Shown: positions 62,431 to 64,000 of the stretch, piece after piece | Numbering within the stretch: position 1 is the first letter of the stretch | Layout: the number at the start of each line of letters is the position of its first letter | Assembly (NCBI RefSeq): GCF_002105155.1 | Contig: NW_019028981.1 | Coordinates: 558,001-622,000, forward strand | DNA from: Lobosporangium transversale | Lineage: Eukaryota | Direction: 5' to 3' | Length of the DNA: 64,000 bases | The notes under the pieces: model-generated | Told to the model about the DNA's origin: nothing | Seen by the model: only the letters and a program-made list of their open reading frames with translations | The model's database searches: none | Translations under genes and position numbers: made by a program

Positions 62431-62866
62431 TTTTTTCTTTAATTTATCTCTGGCCCATGGCCCATTGTTTACTTTTTTAGCTTTTTTCGTTGGAGGGCAA
62501 TTGCTTCCTGTCTATTGACATTTTTATTTGGATAAAATAATAACCCCTCTGCAAATAAAAAAAATTATTCGCATGGAGGGACAGTCTGAATAAGATGTGC
62601 ACGCCTTTCTTTCAAAAGCCATCTGTGAAGAAAAAGACAAAGGTAGCACAGATGGGCAGTCTACGCAGCATAGTATACAAGTATTGCTTAAGCAAACAAG
62701 ACATTTTTTTTTTCTTCTTTTTTCTATTAGTATTTAGTTTATAAGCAGGAGAATATGGTCTATTGCCTATTTGATCCTGGTAGTATTTTCAGCTTCTTGG
62801 TCTTCAGTTAATTCCCGTCATAAGTTATTTCAAGCTCTTCTTCTCTTCTGCTTCCTTTCTGTTTCT

Positions 62867-63795
62867 CTAGCTCATATATCTACTTCCAAACTTATCCCGA
62901 ATGATATCACAGCTTGGTGTAGTCATCCGTTCTGCAGCTTCCCACATCTTCTTGTCCCTACCGAAGAATCCCTGGGCTCGACTGTGGGCTAGCTCTTTGC
63001 GCTTGATCTCATTCAAACACTCGTTTCGCATATATTTTAAGTACGTTGTCTCGACATTTTCTTCCAGTTGAGTCAAAATCTGTTGTACTTTAACACCATT
63101 GATCACTTTGTTGAGATCTAACACATGTACGTCCCTCTTTTCACCACCACCAGGTTTCGTAAATGTGTTCCTGAATCTTCGTTCATTCACAAAGTAAGGA
63201 ACGTGATGTGCGCTAGTAAAACGTGCTGATTGATAAGATCCATGTGCACCCAATGAGAAATCGGAGGCTGCAGGTGAGCTGTCGCGAGAGGAAGAGGAAT
63301 CGCTATCTGAGAAAAAGTTTGATGTCAGGGAAATGATGAAGAGGAGGATCAGAGGTAGGATTTGAATCAGGCTGGAGAATCCACTAGTTGCACCGGCTCC
63401 CTGTGCCTGCTGCTGTGGTTGTCTTTGTGTTTGTTGCGTATATGGGCGGAAGGGTCGGGGACCAAATCCTGGTCCAGCAAACGTTGCAGAGTGGAATGCT
63501 ATAAAAAAAATATAAAAAAACAGTCAGCTTAAGCCTTTGACCTAAAATGAAGTGTTAGATAACATCAAATAGTAGCCTGACTTACAACCACCAAAGCTGC
63601 CGCCTCCAAAGAACATGTTGAAAAGCTCCTCCGGCGAGATTTCTTCGCCAAAGCCGTTCATGCCATTAAATCCTTGGCCCATAGGCGATGCTCTGTCATA
63701 ATTAACTCCAGAGCTCCTGCCACTCTCAGGTCCATGTTGATCAAAGATCGCTCGCTTTTGTGGATCGCTCAAAACTGTGAATGCCTTGGAGACGA
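62867..63795 (-). CDS. ER-membrane J-domain protein (HLJ1/DNAJB12-like), 5' partial; exons 63795-63586, 63498-62867
   Basis: J-domain end SKAFTVLSDPQKRAIFD, then ISPEELFNMFFGGG, TM LIQILPLILLFIISL, and a lumenal domain with VPYFVN, LEENVE...C and PSC. Confidence 0.88.
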
Positions 63796-64000
63796 CTAAT
63801 AAATTGACAGAAAAAAAGTGAGTGATTGGTGCAATGCTTTTATCAAAAAGAGATGCCATGAAGACTTAAAAAGCTGTTCATATCTATCCTTTTTTTGGTT
63901 CATATTTTCTTTTCAGCTCATAAAATGACCAACGTTTGTTCAGTATTATAAACAGAGCAATTTGATCTGATTTGGACACCTGAAGGTTTTTTTATTCTTA

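Overview
Intron-containing fungal genomic DNA, rich in long poly(dA:dT) tracts. Gene style suggests an early-diverging fungus, probably Mortierellaceae/Mucoromycota (inference). Genes, left to right: TDP1 (5' partial), a concentrative nucleoside transporter, an RNI-like LRR protein, a nitronate monooxygenase-family flavoprotein, RPS25 head-to-head with a PPR protein, a low-complexity Trp-motif protein, a single-pass membrane protein, a PKA catalytic subunit, a DHA2-type MFS transporter, FAN1, and an HLJ1/DNAJB12-like J-protein (5' partial). The standout is 48.3-60.3 kb: about 12 kb of same-orientation non-LTR retrotransposon copies stacked head-to-tail just upstream of a tRNA-Val(AAC) gene, most decayed far from the tRNA and intact next to it. 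The intact copy has ORF1 (RRM-like region plus CCHC) and a 2002-aa ORF2 (APE, RT, a large charged insert, RNase H, Cys/His motif). A tRNA-derived A-box/B-box module lies at its 5' side. This suggests a tRNA-gene-targeted LINE, analogous to Dictyostelium TRE5. A foldback element with modular inverted repeats lies just downstream of the tRNA. Exon boundaries were inferred by hand from GT-AG sites and frame continuity; no database searches were run.
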